Source of the DNA: Gemmatimonadales bacterium
GTDB taxonomy: Bacteria; Gemmatimonadota; Gemmatimonadetes; Gemmatimonadales; GWC2-71-9
Direction of reading: 5' to 3'
Assembly: GCA_041577295.1 (NCBI GenBank)
Contig: JBFGJG010000027.1
Location: forward strand, 1 to 60,537
Length of the DNA: 60,537 bases
Shown here: positions 12,244 to 20,796 of the stretch, piece after piece
How the letters are laid out: every line of letters begins with the position of its first letter
Position numbering within the stretch: position 1 is the first letter of the stretch
Translations under genes and position numbers: made by a program
The notes under the pieces: generated by a model
The model's database searches: none
What the model saw: the letters and a program-made list of their open reading frames with translations, nothing else
Told to the model about the DNA's origin: nothing

Positions 12244-12294
12244 GAGGGGATGGAGGAGGTGGCTTGCCAGCACCGCTACCTTCTCCGTTCCCTC
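12244..12294 (+). repeat. 20-bp purine/pyrimidine G-U-rich intergenic hairpin
   Basis: GAGGGGATGGAGGAGGTGGC pairs fully with GCTACCTTCTCCGTTCCCTC using G-U wobbles on the + strand. Confidence 0.65.
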
Positions 12295-12316
12295 CTTTCC
12301 TAGGGGCCGCCAGCAA

Positions 12317-12862
12317 ATGGATCGTGAGACCCTCATCGCCAACCTGGTCGATCACTACAAGAACCCGCGGCACCGCGGGGCGCTCGAGGACCCGGATATC
12401 AGTATGCCGGGAGGGAACCCGGGGTGTGGAGACCTGGTGACGATTCACGTGCGATCGACGCCAGGAGACGATCGGGTGGCGGAGGCGACCTTTGAGGGTA
12501 CAGGGTGCACGATCAGCCAAGCCGCGGCATCGATCCTCATGCGCAAGGTGAACAAGGAGCACCCGACCTTTCAGGAAATCTTGGATTTCTCCTACGAAGC
12601 GATGCTCGATCTCCTGGGTCGCGACGTGGTGGGATTTCGTCACCGGTGCGCCACGCTCGCGTTGGGAACTCTGCAGGGCGCCATCAAAGCGCTCGCGATG
12701 GACCGGAAACTCCGCGCGGCGGGCTACAGCGACGAGGACATCCGACGCCTCCGCGAGGAGATTGCCAGCGCGGCTGCGGGGGAGGGCTTGGTGATCGGGG
12801 CAGGCGCCGAGGCTGCAAGCCGTGACACGAGCACGCGGTCACCCGACGGCATCGATCCCTAG
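12317..12862 (+). CDS. IscU/SufU (NifU_N) Fe-S scaffold or sulfur-transfer protein with C-terminal extension
   Basis: DHYKNPRHRG, NPGCGD, GCTISQAAAS and RHRCA motifs. Confidence 0.9.
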   Translation: MDRETLIANLVDHYKNPRHRGALEDPDISMPGGNPGCGDLVTIHVRSTPGDDRVAEATFEGTGCTISQAAASILMRKVNKEHPTFQEILDFSYEAMLDLLGRDVVGFRHRCATLALGTLQGAIKALAMDRKLRAAGYSDEDIRRLREEIASAAAGEGLVIGAGAEAASRDTSTRSPDGIDP

Positions 12863-12906
12863 CGCCGTCTCCCCCTCCCCGTAGGTTTCAAGCAGGATAT
12901 GCTTAT

Positions 12907-14172
12907 ATGACTCCCCGGGCGACACCCGCAGACGAAGCGCTGCTCGCCGAGCTGCGCCGGCGCGTAGCCGAGCTCGAAGCTCGACAGCGCGCGAGCGGTG
13001 GCGGCGATCGTGATGCGTTGGAGGAGATTGAACGACGCTATCGGTCTGTCATCGACACGGCCGGAAGCGTCATTCTCGGCCTCGATCCCAGAGGAAACAT
13101 CTTCGAGTGGAACCGCGCGGCCGAGCAGCTCTACGGTCATTCACGTGAAGACGTGCTAGGCAAGAACTATCTCGAGCTTTTCCTTCCAGCGAGCGTGCGC
13201 GCCGCTGTCGCGGCAGATATGCAAAAAGTACTCGCCGGCCGTCCGACCATAGGGTTCGAAAACCCGGTGCAGACGCGAAACGGCGACACACGAATCCTGC
13301 TCTGGAACGTGACGCGTCTGATAGACGCGAAGGGCAATCCCAAAGGTATCGTTGCGATCGGCCAGGACATTACGCAACGGCACCGTGTGGAAGCCGAGAG
13401 CCGAAGACTGCAAGAGCAGCTCCAGCAGGCGCAGAAACAGGAGAGTCTCGACATCCTCGCGGGGGGGATCGCTCAAGAGTTCAATAAGCTCTTAGGGCAG
13501 ATCCTCACCAGCGCGGCACGCGCCCGTATGATCCGGGAAACGAGTCAAGCGACCCGTGAGCTGGTACGGGACATCGAACGCGCCGCTCGGAACGCGATCG
13601 ACGTCGCCAACCAGATGTTGACCTATGCCGGGCAGCGTTCGTTTGAACGCTACGCCGTGTTCCTCAACCGGCACCTCGAAGAAACCAATGCGCTGCTCGA
13701 ACCGCTGATCGACGAGCGAACGACACTGAGGTTCCGGCTTGCGCCAGAGCTTCCGCCCATCATGGCTCATTCCGGCCACCTCCAACAGATGATCATCAAC
13801 CTCGTCACCAACGCATCGGAAGCGCTCGACACACCCGGTGGCACCGTCACCGTGTCGACCGGCGTGGCCCAGGCAGACCGGCACTATCTCTCCTCGTGCT
13901 ACCTCGGCGAGCCCCTGAGGGAAGGCGAGTACGTCTACCTCGAAGTGGCCGATGACGGAGTGGGAATCGATCCGGAGGTGCAAACGCGCATGTTCGATCC
14001 TTTCTTCTCCACCAACATCCCCCGCCGCGGCCTCGGCCTGGCAGCTGTCCTCGGCATTGTCCGTGGCCACGACGGCGCCATCCACGTCGCAAGCACCCCC
14101 GGTGAAGGAACGACAATTCGGGTGCTGTTCCCTAAGCCGGATCCGGTTCCGTTTGAGGCGGGAGAGGTGTGA
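12907..14172 (+). CDS. PAS-domain histidine-kinase-like protein lacking the phosphoacceptor His
   Basis: PAS (EWNRAAEQLYG); H-box reads LAGGIAQEFNKLL; N, G1, F and G2 boxes present (INLVTNASEA, DDGVG, FDPFFST, GLGL). Confidence 0.88.
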   Translation: MTPRATPADEALLAELRRRVAELEARQRASGGGDRDALEEIERRYRSVIDTAGSVILGLDPRGNIFEWNRAAEQLYGHSREDVLGKNYLELFLPASVRAAVAADMQKVLAGRPTIGFENPVQTRNGDTRILLWNVTRLIDAKGNPKGIVAIGQDITQRHRVEAESRRLQEQLQQAQKQESLDILAGGIAQEFNKLLGQILTSAARARMIRETSQATRELVRDIERAARNAIDVANQMLTYAGQRSFERYAVFLNRHLEETNALLEPLIDERTTLRFRLAPELPPIMAHSGHLQQMIINLVTNASEALDTPGGTVTVSTGVAQADRHYLSSCYLGEPLREGEYVYLEVADDGVGIDPEVQTRMFDPFFSTNIPRRGLGLAAVLGIVRGHDGAIHVASTPGEGTTIRVLFPKPDPVPFEAGEV

Positions 14173-14206
14173 TCAGTGGGATAGCGGGGAATGACGATTC
14201 AACCAC

Positions 14207-15811
14207 TCACTCGCGTTTGAAGTCGCCATCGGTCACCAGAATCTCCACGACGCCGCTAGACGGGTCGACGCGAGTCGCGATATCGCGGTAGAGCGCGCGG
14301 CGGCCACTTGCGTCACGGACTTCGACCGAGCTGTTACTGAACAGGGGGTAGTAACCGATTACCGCACGCGTGAGACCGGGAGGGAGTCGACACCCACAGG
14401 GAAGCACCGCGACGAGCCCGGCGTTGACCGTTACGGAAACCGGCTCCCCAGCCCCATTGCTCACGAGTGGGGCGAAGTAAGGACGCCCACCGGCACGGGG
14501 CTCGATCGCGTGGTGGGCGGGCCGAACGCCGCCTACGGTGCGAAAAACACCCTCGACTTGTACGCCCAGCGGGTTGCCACCGGGCGTCGTTGGTCGAACG
14601 ATCGCCCACTGCGCGGTGGAACGTCCGCGTGGGATCGGTACTCGCCCTTGGGCTCCATTTCTCACCGTCACCGTGTGGTCACCCACCGAAACCCTCACGG
14701 GCGTGACCAGCCGGTTTTCGACAACGAGCGTGGGAGACCGCGTCGCGACGACGGCGACTCCCGCACTCACCATCATTAGCGCCAACACGCCAAGCACGAT
14801 GTGTCGGCGTCTCGATCCACGCCGCGGTTCGCGAAGGGGCGGTGGTGACCCGCCCGAGGGAGTGGCAATGGGCGTCGTGCTTTGCCCCTGGAGCCCGGCG
14901 ACCCTCGCCTGTGCGCCGCTCGCTTTGTCGGGATGGACATTTGATCCGGCCGTGACGCCCTCGAGCATTGCCGCCGCCGACTCGTAGCGATCGACCGGAC
15001 GTTTCGCCAAACATCGGACGATGACATCGGACAGCCACTGAGGGATCTGTGTGTTCTGCGCTGCTGGAATGGGTGGCGGCTCGGAGATGTGTTTCGCTAC
15101 GATCTCTTGCGAGGAATCGGCTTCGAACGGGGGAGACCCCGTTGCCATTTGATACAACATCGCACCCAGCGAATATAGATCGGAGCGAGCATCCAGATCC
15201 GCCTGGCCAAGCGCCTGCTCGGGACTCATGTAGTACGGGGTTCCCACCACGAACCCCGTCTGCGTCAGCCCCCCTCCACCATCCACCCGTTTCACGATCC
15301 CGAAGTCCATGAGAAGCACCCGCCCCGTCTGCTCCTCGATCATGACGTTGTCCGGCTTGATGTCGCGATGGAGAAACCCTTGCTGGTGCGCATGGTGAAG
15401 CGCCTCGAGCACCGGGCGGATGATGGTGAGAATCCGGTCGACATCCAGCGCACCACTGCTGCGGAGGAGATCGCCGAGTGAGCGACCCTCGACGAACGGC
15501 ATAGCGTAATACACGATCCCTTCACCCTCACCGACGAAGTGAATTGGCAGGATGTTGGGGTGTGTGAGCCGGGCGACCGCGCGAGCCTCTTGTCGAAAGC
15601 GTGCGAGCATTCCCGATGTCCATGCAACATCGGGTCGCAGGACCTTGACGGCTAAGCGCCTCTCGAGCGCACGATCCCACACCTCGTACACCTCCGCGAA
15701 CCCACCGCGCCCAAGGAGCCCACGAACGTCGTACTCTGGGCCCAGGGCCTGGCCGAGGAGTCGCTCGAGGTCTTGATTCGATTGCTGGTTGGAAGGAGAG
15801 GTTGGGGTCAC
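14207..15811 (-). CDS. Membrane-anchored Hanks-type Ser/Thr protein kinase
   Basis: LGRGGFAEV, AVK, HRDIKPDN, DFG, GTPYYMSPEQ; TM helix near aa 340; C-terminal beta-rich domain. Confidence 0.93.
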   Translation of the reverse strand: MTPTSPSNQQSNQDLERLLGQALGPEYDVRGLLGRGGFAEVYEVWDRALERRLAVKVLRPDVAWTSGMLARFRQEARAVARLTHPNILPIHFVGEGEGIVYYAMPFVEGRSLGDLLRSSGALDVDRILTIIRPVLEALHHAHQQGFLHRDIKPDNVMIEEQTGRVLLMDFGIVKRVDGGGGLTQTGFVVGTPYYMSPEQALGQADLDARSDLYSLGAMLYQMATGSPPFEADSSQEIVAKHISEPPPIPAAQNTQIPQWLSDVIVRCLAKRPVDRYESAAAMLEGVTAGSNVHPDKASGAQARVAGLQGQSTTPIATPSGGSPPPLREPRRGSRRRHIVLGVLALMMVSAGVAVVATRSPTLVVENRLVTPVRVSVGDHTVTVRNGAQGRVPIPRGRSTAQWAIVRPTTPGGNPLGVQVEGVFRTVGGVRPAHHAIEPRAGGRPYFAPLVSNGAGEPVSVTVNAGLVAVLPCGCRLPPGLTRAVIGYYPLFSNSSVEVRDASGRRALYRDIATRVDPSSGVVEILVTDGDFKRE

Positions 15812-15895
15812 GCGGCTAATCTACATTGTTTTACCTTTCCCTCCATCGCGTGCTCATCAGAACACGGCAACAACTCAGGCCACCACTGGAGAGTC

Positions 15896-16375
15896 ATGAA
15901 TCAACGACGCCCGGTTGCGATTGCGCTGTCTGCCCTGCTGGTGATGGGTTGTTCGCGCGGCGAGCCACCCGTCGTGAGGGCCGCCAACCTCGCGATCTAC
16001 GATGCCTATGCGCCAGCCCAGCCTCTTGTGGATGTCGCTGCCGCATATTTCGTCGTGGTCAATAACGGCGAAGAGCCCGACACGCTCGTCGCGATCGCGA
16101 GCCCCATGGCCGACCGCGCGCAGCTTCACAGGCTTGAAGCGCGCGACGGCCGCATGCAAATGACGCGGGTTGATTCTCTCCCCATCCCCGCGCGAGGCCG
16201 AGTCCGGTTAGCTCCCGGGGGATTCCATGTGATGCTCCATGCACTGCAAGACCGGCTCGAAGAGGGGGACACCCTGGAGCTCATCGCCACGTTTTCGCGT
16301 GCCGGGGCAGTGCGGATTCCGATCACTGTCCTGACGTACTCGGAGGTGGTGGAGCGAACGCGCCAACCGAGATGA
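15896..16375 (+). CDS. Copper chaperone PCu(A)C lipoprotein
   Basis: Lipobox LVMGC; AAAYFVVVN; H-x10-M-x21-HxM copper motif (LH...MQM...PGGFHVML). Confidence 0.9.
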   Translation: MNQRRPVAIALSALLVMGCSRGEPPVVRAANLAIYDAYAPAQPLVDVAAAYFVVVNNGEEPDTLVAIASPMADRAQLHRLEARDGRMQMTRVDSLPIPARGRVRLAPGGFHVMLHALQDRLEEGDTLELIATFSRAGAVRIPITVLTYSEVVERTRQPR

Positions 16376-16433
16376 CGGAACTTCCCGAGCTCCCGGGGGT
16401 CGCTGGCATGAGGCCCGATCTGAGTGTGCGCAA

Positions 16434-16745
16434 ATGGCCGACGCGGTTCGTGTGACCGTGTTTCAAGACGGCGCTGCATATATCGACGTGAAGCTTCCTC
16501 TGTCCGGTCGGATTGGGTTGGTTCGCGTGTGGCGGGGAACGCGGTGGCCCGCCCTCGAACGCACCTGGTATGCTCGGCTTCGTCCGTGGATTCCCTGGTT
16601 TTCCCTCGAACGCCAGGTGATGCGAGCCATCGAGTACCTTCTGGATCACCCACCCAGCGACGCCGACCAGGTACGTGTGAAACGCGAGCTGCGCGGAGCC
16701 TTGGCGCAGCTGCGGCTGGAAACCTCTGCCACACCTCCGCCGTAG
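16434..16745 (+). CDS. Hypothetical protein
   Basis: 103-aa ATG ORF filling the gap between co-oriented genes; no family recognised. Confidence 0.5.
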   Translation: MADAVRVTVFQDGAAYIDVKLPLSGRIGLVRVWRGTRWPALERTWYARLRPWIPWFSLERQVMRAIEYLLDHPPSDADQVRVKRELRGALAQLRLETSATPPP

Positions 16746-16752
16746 GGACAGG

Positions 16753-17118
16753 ATGACTCGCATGGAGACGACCATGACCACACACCTCACCCGACGAGGC
16801 AACATCCCCGCCGCCATGGGATGGATGATCGGTTTGTCGGCTTTGCTGTTTTGGGCGCCCGTGCTGGGCGGACTGATCGCTGGATTTGTTGGCGGTCGGA
16901 AAGCCGGCAGCGTCGGCAGAGCGATCGCCGCGGCTCTCCTACCCGGCGTTCTGTTATTCGTGCTCACGTTTTTCGTCGGCGGGATGCTGGGGTGGATCCC
17001 GATCCTTGGGCAGCTCATCGCGCTGGTAGCTGGGCTTGGCCATCTGGCGCTTGCGACCATGCACGTGATACCGCTGCTGATTGGCGCGGTGATCGGGGGA
17101 GCGACAGCAGGGAGCTGA
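16753..17118 (+). CDS. Small Gly-rich membrane protein
   Basis: Hydrophobic helices with PVLGGLIAGFVGG; start may be 16762 or 16774. Confidence 0.7.
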   Translation: MTRMETTMTTHLTRRGNIPAAMGWMIGLSALLFWAPVLGGLIAGFVGGRKAGSVGRAIAAALLPGVLLFVLTFFVGGMLGWIPILGQLIALVAGLGHLALATMHVIPLLIGAVIGGATAGS

Positions 17119-17125
17119 TCCGGGA

Positions 17126-18148
17126 TTAGCTCACGACATCGGTCCTCCGCGCGACGGTGCTCAACACATGCTGCAGGGTGCCGCTGTCGATGTTGCCCCC
17201 CGAAATCACGACGACGGCCTTCCCACCGAGGTTGGTGGCGATCCTTCCGAACAGGACCGCCGCCAGTGCCGCCGCCCCTGACGGTTCAGCCAGCGTTTGC
17301 TCCGCGTCGATCAACGTCCCGATAGCTGACTTGATCTCGTCTTCGGTCACGAGCACGATCTGATCGACGAGCGCGCGAGCAATCAGGAACCCCGTTCGTC
17401 CAAAGCCACCTGCCAACCCGTGCGCCAGCGTCGGTTCGTGATCGAACGGGTCGAGTGCCTCGCCCCGTTCGAGCGACAGCAGCGCTGAAGGGGATGCAGC
17501 AGGGTTGACACCGACAACGCGGACGCTGGGATGAGCGGCTTTCACCGCCAGCGCGATTCCCCCTAGAAGCGCTCCACCTCCCACCGGGACAACTACGAGA
17601 TCGTAGCCTGCCAGTTGCTCGGTGATCTCCAACCCAACTGTCCCCTGCCCCGCCACGACAGCGGGATCGTCGTAGGCCGAGATGTAGCAGGCCCCCGTTC
17701 GCCCCACGTGCGCCAGGGCCGCTTGCTGCGCTTCCTCGAATGTATCGCCCACGAGATGTATCTCGACGGCATACCGCGCGAGCTTGGCGAGCTTGGCGGC
17801 GAGCGCGTTTCGCTGAACGTAGATGTGCGCGTTCTCCAAGTTCAGCATCCGACATGCGTACGCCACGCCGAGGGCGTGATTGCCGGCCGACGCGGCCACG
17901 ATACCTCGTGCGCGCTCGTCCGAGCGAAGGGAGAGAATCTTGTTGAGCGCCCCTCGCGGCTTGAAGGAGCCCGTGTGTTGTCGATTCTCTTGCTTCAAAA
18001 ACACCTCGAACCCCACCTTGTCAGTGACGATGGCCGAGTGGGTGAGTGGGGTGACGAGGACGTGAGGGGATATAAGATCCCGAGCTCGGATCACATCGGC
18101 TGCGGTTACCGGCAGTTCCGTCAGCTCCGGTTTAGCCACCGAATTCAT
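17126..18148 (-). CDS. PLP-dependent threonine/serine dehydratase family protein (no ACT domain)
   Basis: KQENRQHTGSFKPRGA, ASAGNHA, VPVGGG, EPSGA, SGGNID; start re-called at MNSVAK. Confidence 0.92.
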   Translation of the reverse strand: MNSVAKPELTELPVTAADVIRARDLISPHVLVTPLTHSAIVTDKVGFEVFLKQENRQHTGSFKPRGALNKILSLRSDERARGIVAASAGNHALGVAYACRMLNLENAHIYVQRNALAAKLAKLARYAVEIHLVGDTFEEAQQAALAHVGRTGACYISAYDDPAVVAGQGTVGLEITEQLAGYDLVVVPVGGGALLGGIALAVKAAHPSVRVVGVNPAASPSALLSLERGEALDPFDHEPTLAHGLAGGFGRTGFLIARALVDQIVLVTEDEIKSAIGTLIDAEQTLAEPSGAAALAAVLFGRIATNLGGKAVVVISGGNIDSGTLQHVLSTVARRTDVVS

Positions 18149-18280
18149 CTCTCCCTTTGGGTCGTCTGGAGACCGCGAGTCGCCGTCCAAAGGTACCCGT
18201 CGAGGCGCGCCTTTGCCGCACGCGTTCCGCTCCGTGAGGGTCCTGGGTATTGTCCACTTACCCTTGAAGAGCACAACACT

Positions 18281-19354
18281 ATGACCGCCCTGACAGCCTG
18301 GATCACCTTGCCGCTCATCGGTGTGTTCGTCATCGGCGATGCCTGTGCCCAGCAACCCGAGGACAATCAAATGCCAACCTCCGCCGACGGTCTCACCGCA
18401 GTTGCCGGCATCAAAGTTGGTCACGTGACCCTCGCCGAACGGCCCACCGGGTGCACGGTGGTGCTCATCGAGGCCGGTGCTACAGGTGGCGTCGACGTGC
18501 GCGGCGGCGCTCCAGGGACCCGCGAAACGGACCTGCTCGATCCGGTGAATACCGTGGACCAGGTCCACGCCGTGGTGCTCTCGGGAGGGAGCGCGTTTGG
18601 ATTGGACGCGGCGTCGGGTGTGATGCGCTATTTGGACGAGCGCAAGATCGGGCATAGGGTCGGCCCGATCGTCGTGCCGATCGTCGTCGGAGCAATCCTC
18701 TTCGATCTGCGCGTCGGATCCGACCCCTCCATTCGACCAGGAGCGGACTGCGGGTATCGAGCCGCCGCGGCGGCCACGAGCGGAGCGGTTCGGGAGGGCA
18801 ACATCGGGGCTGGCGCTGGTGCAACTGTGGGCAAGATCGCGGGAATGGAGCGGGCAATGAAGGGCGGAATAGGAACAGCCGCCGTGCGCCTTCCCGATGG
18901 TCTCGTGGTTGGCGCACTCGTGGCAGCCAACGCCGTTGGTGACATCATCGACCCAACGACCGGCCAAGTGATTGCGGGCGTCCGTACACCAAACGGCGAG
19001 GGTCTCGCCGACGCGCGTCGTATGCTGCGTGCGGGCACCGCAAGTCGATCTTCCGGCGAGAATACCACCATCGGCGTCGTAGCCACGAACGCCCGCCTCA
19101 CCAAGGCGCAAGCCACCAAAGTGGCTCAGATGGCACAGGACGGGGTCGCGCGCGCGATCGTGCCTGCGCACACACCGTGGGACGGCGACTCGATGTTCGC
19201 CTTGGCAACCGGTTCGTACGAAGGGACGGCGGATGTCGCGCGCGTCGGCGCCCTCGCCGCAGAGGTCGTTGCAGAGGCAATTGTGCGTGCCGCCCACGCC
19301 GCCACCGGCCTCCCCGGTCTTCCCGCTGCCGCCGACCTGCCGCCACCGCGGTAG
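18281..19354 (+). CDS. P1/S58 (DmpA-like) aminopeptidase
   Basis: DVRGGAPGTRETDLL, LSGGSAFGL, autoprocessing ENTTIG, HTPWDGD; possible signal peptide from ATG 18281 (alternative start 18371). Confidence 0.92.
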   Translation: MTALTAWITLPLIGVFVIGDACAQQPEDNQMPTSADGLTAVAGIKVGHVTLAERPTGCTVVLIEAGATGGVDVRGGAPGTRETDLLDPVNTVDQVHAVVLSGGSAFGLDAASGVMRYLDERKIGHRVGPIVVPIVVGAILFDLRVGSDPSIRPGADCGYRAAAAATSGAVREGNIGAGAGATVGKIAGMERAMKGGIGTAAVRLPDGLVVGALVAANAVGDIIDPTTGQVIAGVRTPNGEGLADARRMLRAGTASRSSGENTTIGVVATNARLTKAQATKVAQMAQDGVARAIVPAHTPWDGDSMFALATGSYEGTADVARVGALAAEVVAEAIVRAAHAATGLPGLPAAADLPPPR

Positions 19355-20760
19355 TGAACATCCACCTCAACCTCCTCATCGCGTACTCCATTGGCCTGGT
19401 CGGCTTGGGCCTTTGGGTGGGCCGACGCGTCGGGACCAGCGGGGCGTTCTTCGTCGCCGGGCGCCGACTGGGCCCCTGGCTGATCTTCGCCACCATTCTC
19501 GCAGCGAACATTGGAGCCGGTTCGACGGTTGGAGCGGCCGGCCTCGGCTATCGACACGGTCTCAGCGCCTGGTGGTGGGTAGGTTCAGCGGGCATCGGAA
19601 CGCTCGTGTTGGCGTTCGTAGTCGGACCGCGCATCTGGCGCCTTGCACGCGAACACGACCTCCTGACGGTGGGTGACTACTTGGAGCTCAGATACGATAG
19701 CTCCGTGCGAGTCGTCGTCGCGTCGCTGCTCTGGCTCGCCACCCTCACCATCCTCGCTGGCCAGCTGATTGCCCTCGCCTGGGTGCTGGAAGTCGTTGCG
19801 GATGTCCCCAAGCTCGTCGGCTGTCTGATCGGAGGTCTCGTGATGACGGTCTACTTCACAGCGGGAGGGCTGCTCACCTCGGCGTGGGTCAACCTCGTGC
19901 AACTGATCGTGCTCCTCGGTGGATTCGCCATCGCGCTGCCTTGGGCACTCAGTGGGATTGGGGGGTGGGACACGATACGAACGGCCTCCCCGGAGATCTC
20001 GTCCAGCTTTCTGAGTTTTTGGGGCGGACCCATACCGTGGTGGGCGTACGTCGCATTGCTCGCTCCGGCGTTCATCGTATCGCCAGGGTTGCTCCAGAAA
20101 GTGTACGGAGGTCGTGATGAGCGCGCGGTGCGAATCGGCGTTGGCTTGAGCGCCGCAGCACTGTTCGTATTCGCCGCAATCCCAGCCTTGCTGGGCATGG
20201 TCGCCCGCGTGGTGAGCCCCACGTTGGAAAATCCCGAGCTGGCGTTGCCGACGATCCTGGTGAGCGCGTTGCCCGCGGCATTGGGAAGCATCGGACTCGC
20301 GGCGATCTTCTCCGCCGAGGTCAGCTCCGCCGATGCCATCCTATTCATGCTGGCGACGTCTCTATCAGAGGATCTGTATCGTCGCTATCTGAAACCATCG
20401 GCGGGCGACCGCGAGGTCTTGCGGGTCGCACGCGTCGCCGCCGTTGCCGGGGGTGGGCTCGGCGTGTCGTTGGCGGTGCTGCTGCCATCGGTCATCGGTA
20501 GCCTCAGCATCTTTTATTCGGTGTTGGGGGTGTGCCTCTTTGTGCCCGTCGTTGCCGGGCTCTTTACCAGGCGCCCAGGGGCACCAGAGGCGTTGGCGGC
20601 CATCGGTGCGGGGCTGGTGATGCTCGTGGCAGGGAACCTCGCCGACGTCGCGGGACCCGGACTGTGGAATCCAAACACGTTGGCACTCGGCGTGTCCGCG
20701 CTGGCCTTCGTCGGATGGTTCGCAACGGTTAGATGGTCAAGAATGAGAAGTAAAGAATGA
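19354..20760 (+). CDS. Sodium:solute symporter family protein
   Basis: FFVAGRRLG, AANIGAGSTVG, GGL..SAW.N..Q, SAEVSSAD; GTG overlaps the upstream TAG. Confidence 0.92.
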   Translation: MNIHLNLLIAYSIGLVGLGLWVGRRVGTSGAFFVAGRRLGPWLIFATILAANIGAGSTVGAAGLGYRHGLSAWWWVGSAGIGTLVLAFVVGPRIWRLAREHDLLTVGDYLELRYDSSVRVVVASLLWLATLTILAGQLIALAWVLEVVADVPKLVGCLIGGLVMTVYFTAGGLLTSAWVNLVQLIVLLGGFAIALPWALSGIGGWDTIRTASPEISSSFLSFWGGPIPWWAYVALLAPAFIVSPGLLQKVYGGRDERAVRIGVGLSAAALFVFAAIPALLGMVARVVSPTLENPELALPTILVSALPAALGSIGLAAIFSAEVSSADAILFMLATSLSEDLYRRYLKPSAGDREVLRVARVAAVAGGGLGVSLAVLLPSVIGSLSIFYSVLGVCLFVPVVAGLFTRRPGAPEALAAIGAGLVMLVAGNLADVAGPGLWNPNTLALGVSALAFVGWFATVRWSRMRSKE

Positions 20761-20796
20761 GGAGGACTGCTTGGGGTGCGAATCCGCCAATCCGGC

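Noticed and set aside
17126..19354. Apparent long N-terminal extensions and overlap of the dehydratase (723 aa) and peptidase (579 aa) ORFs
   Set aside because: Family motifs begin at 18148 (-) and about 18281-18371 (+); these are simply divergent genes
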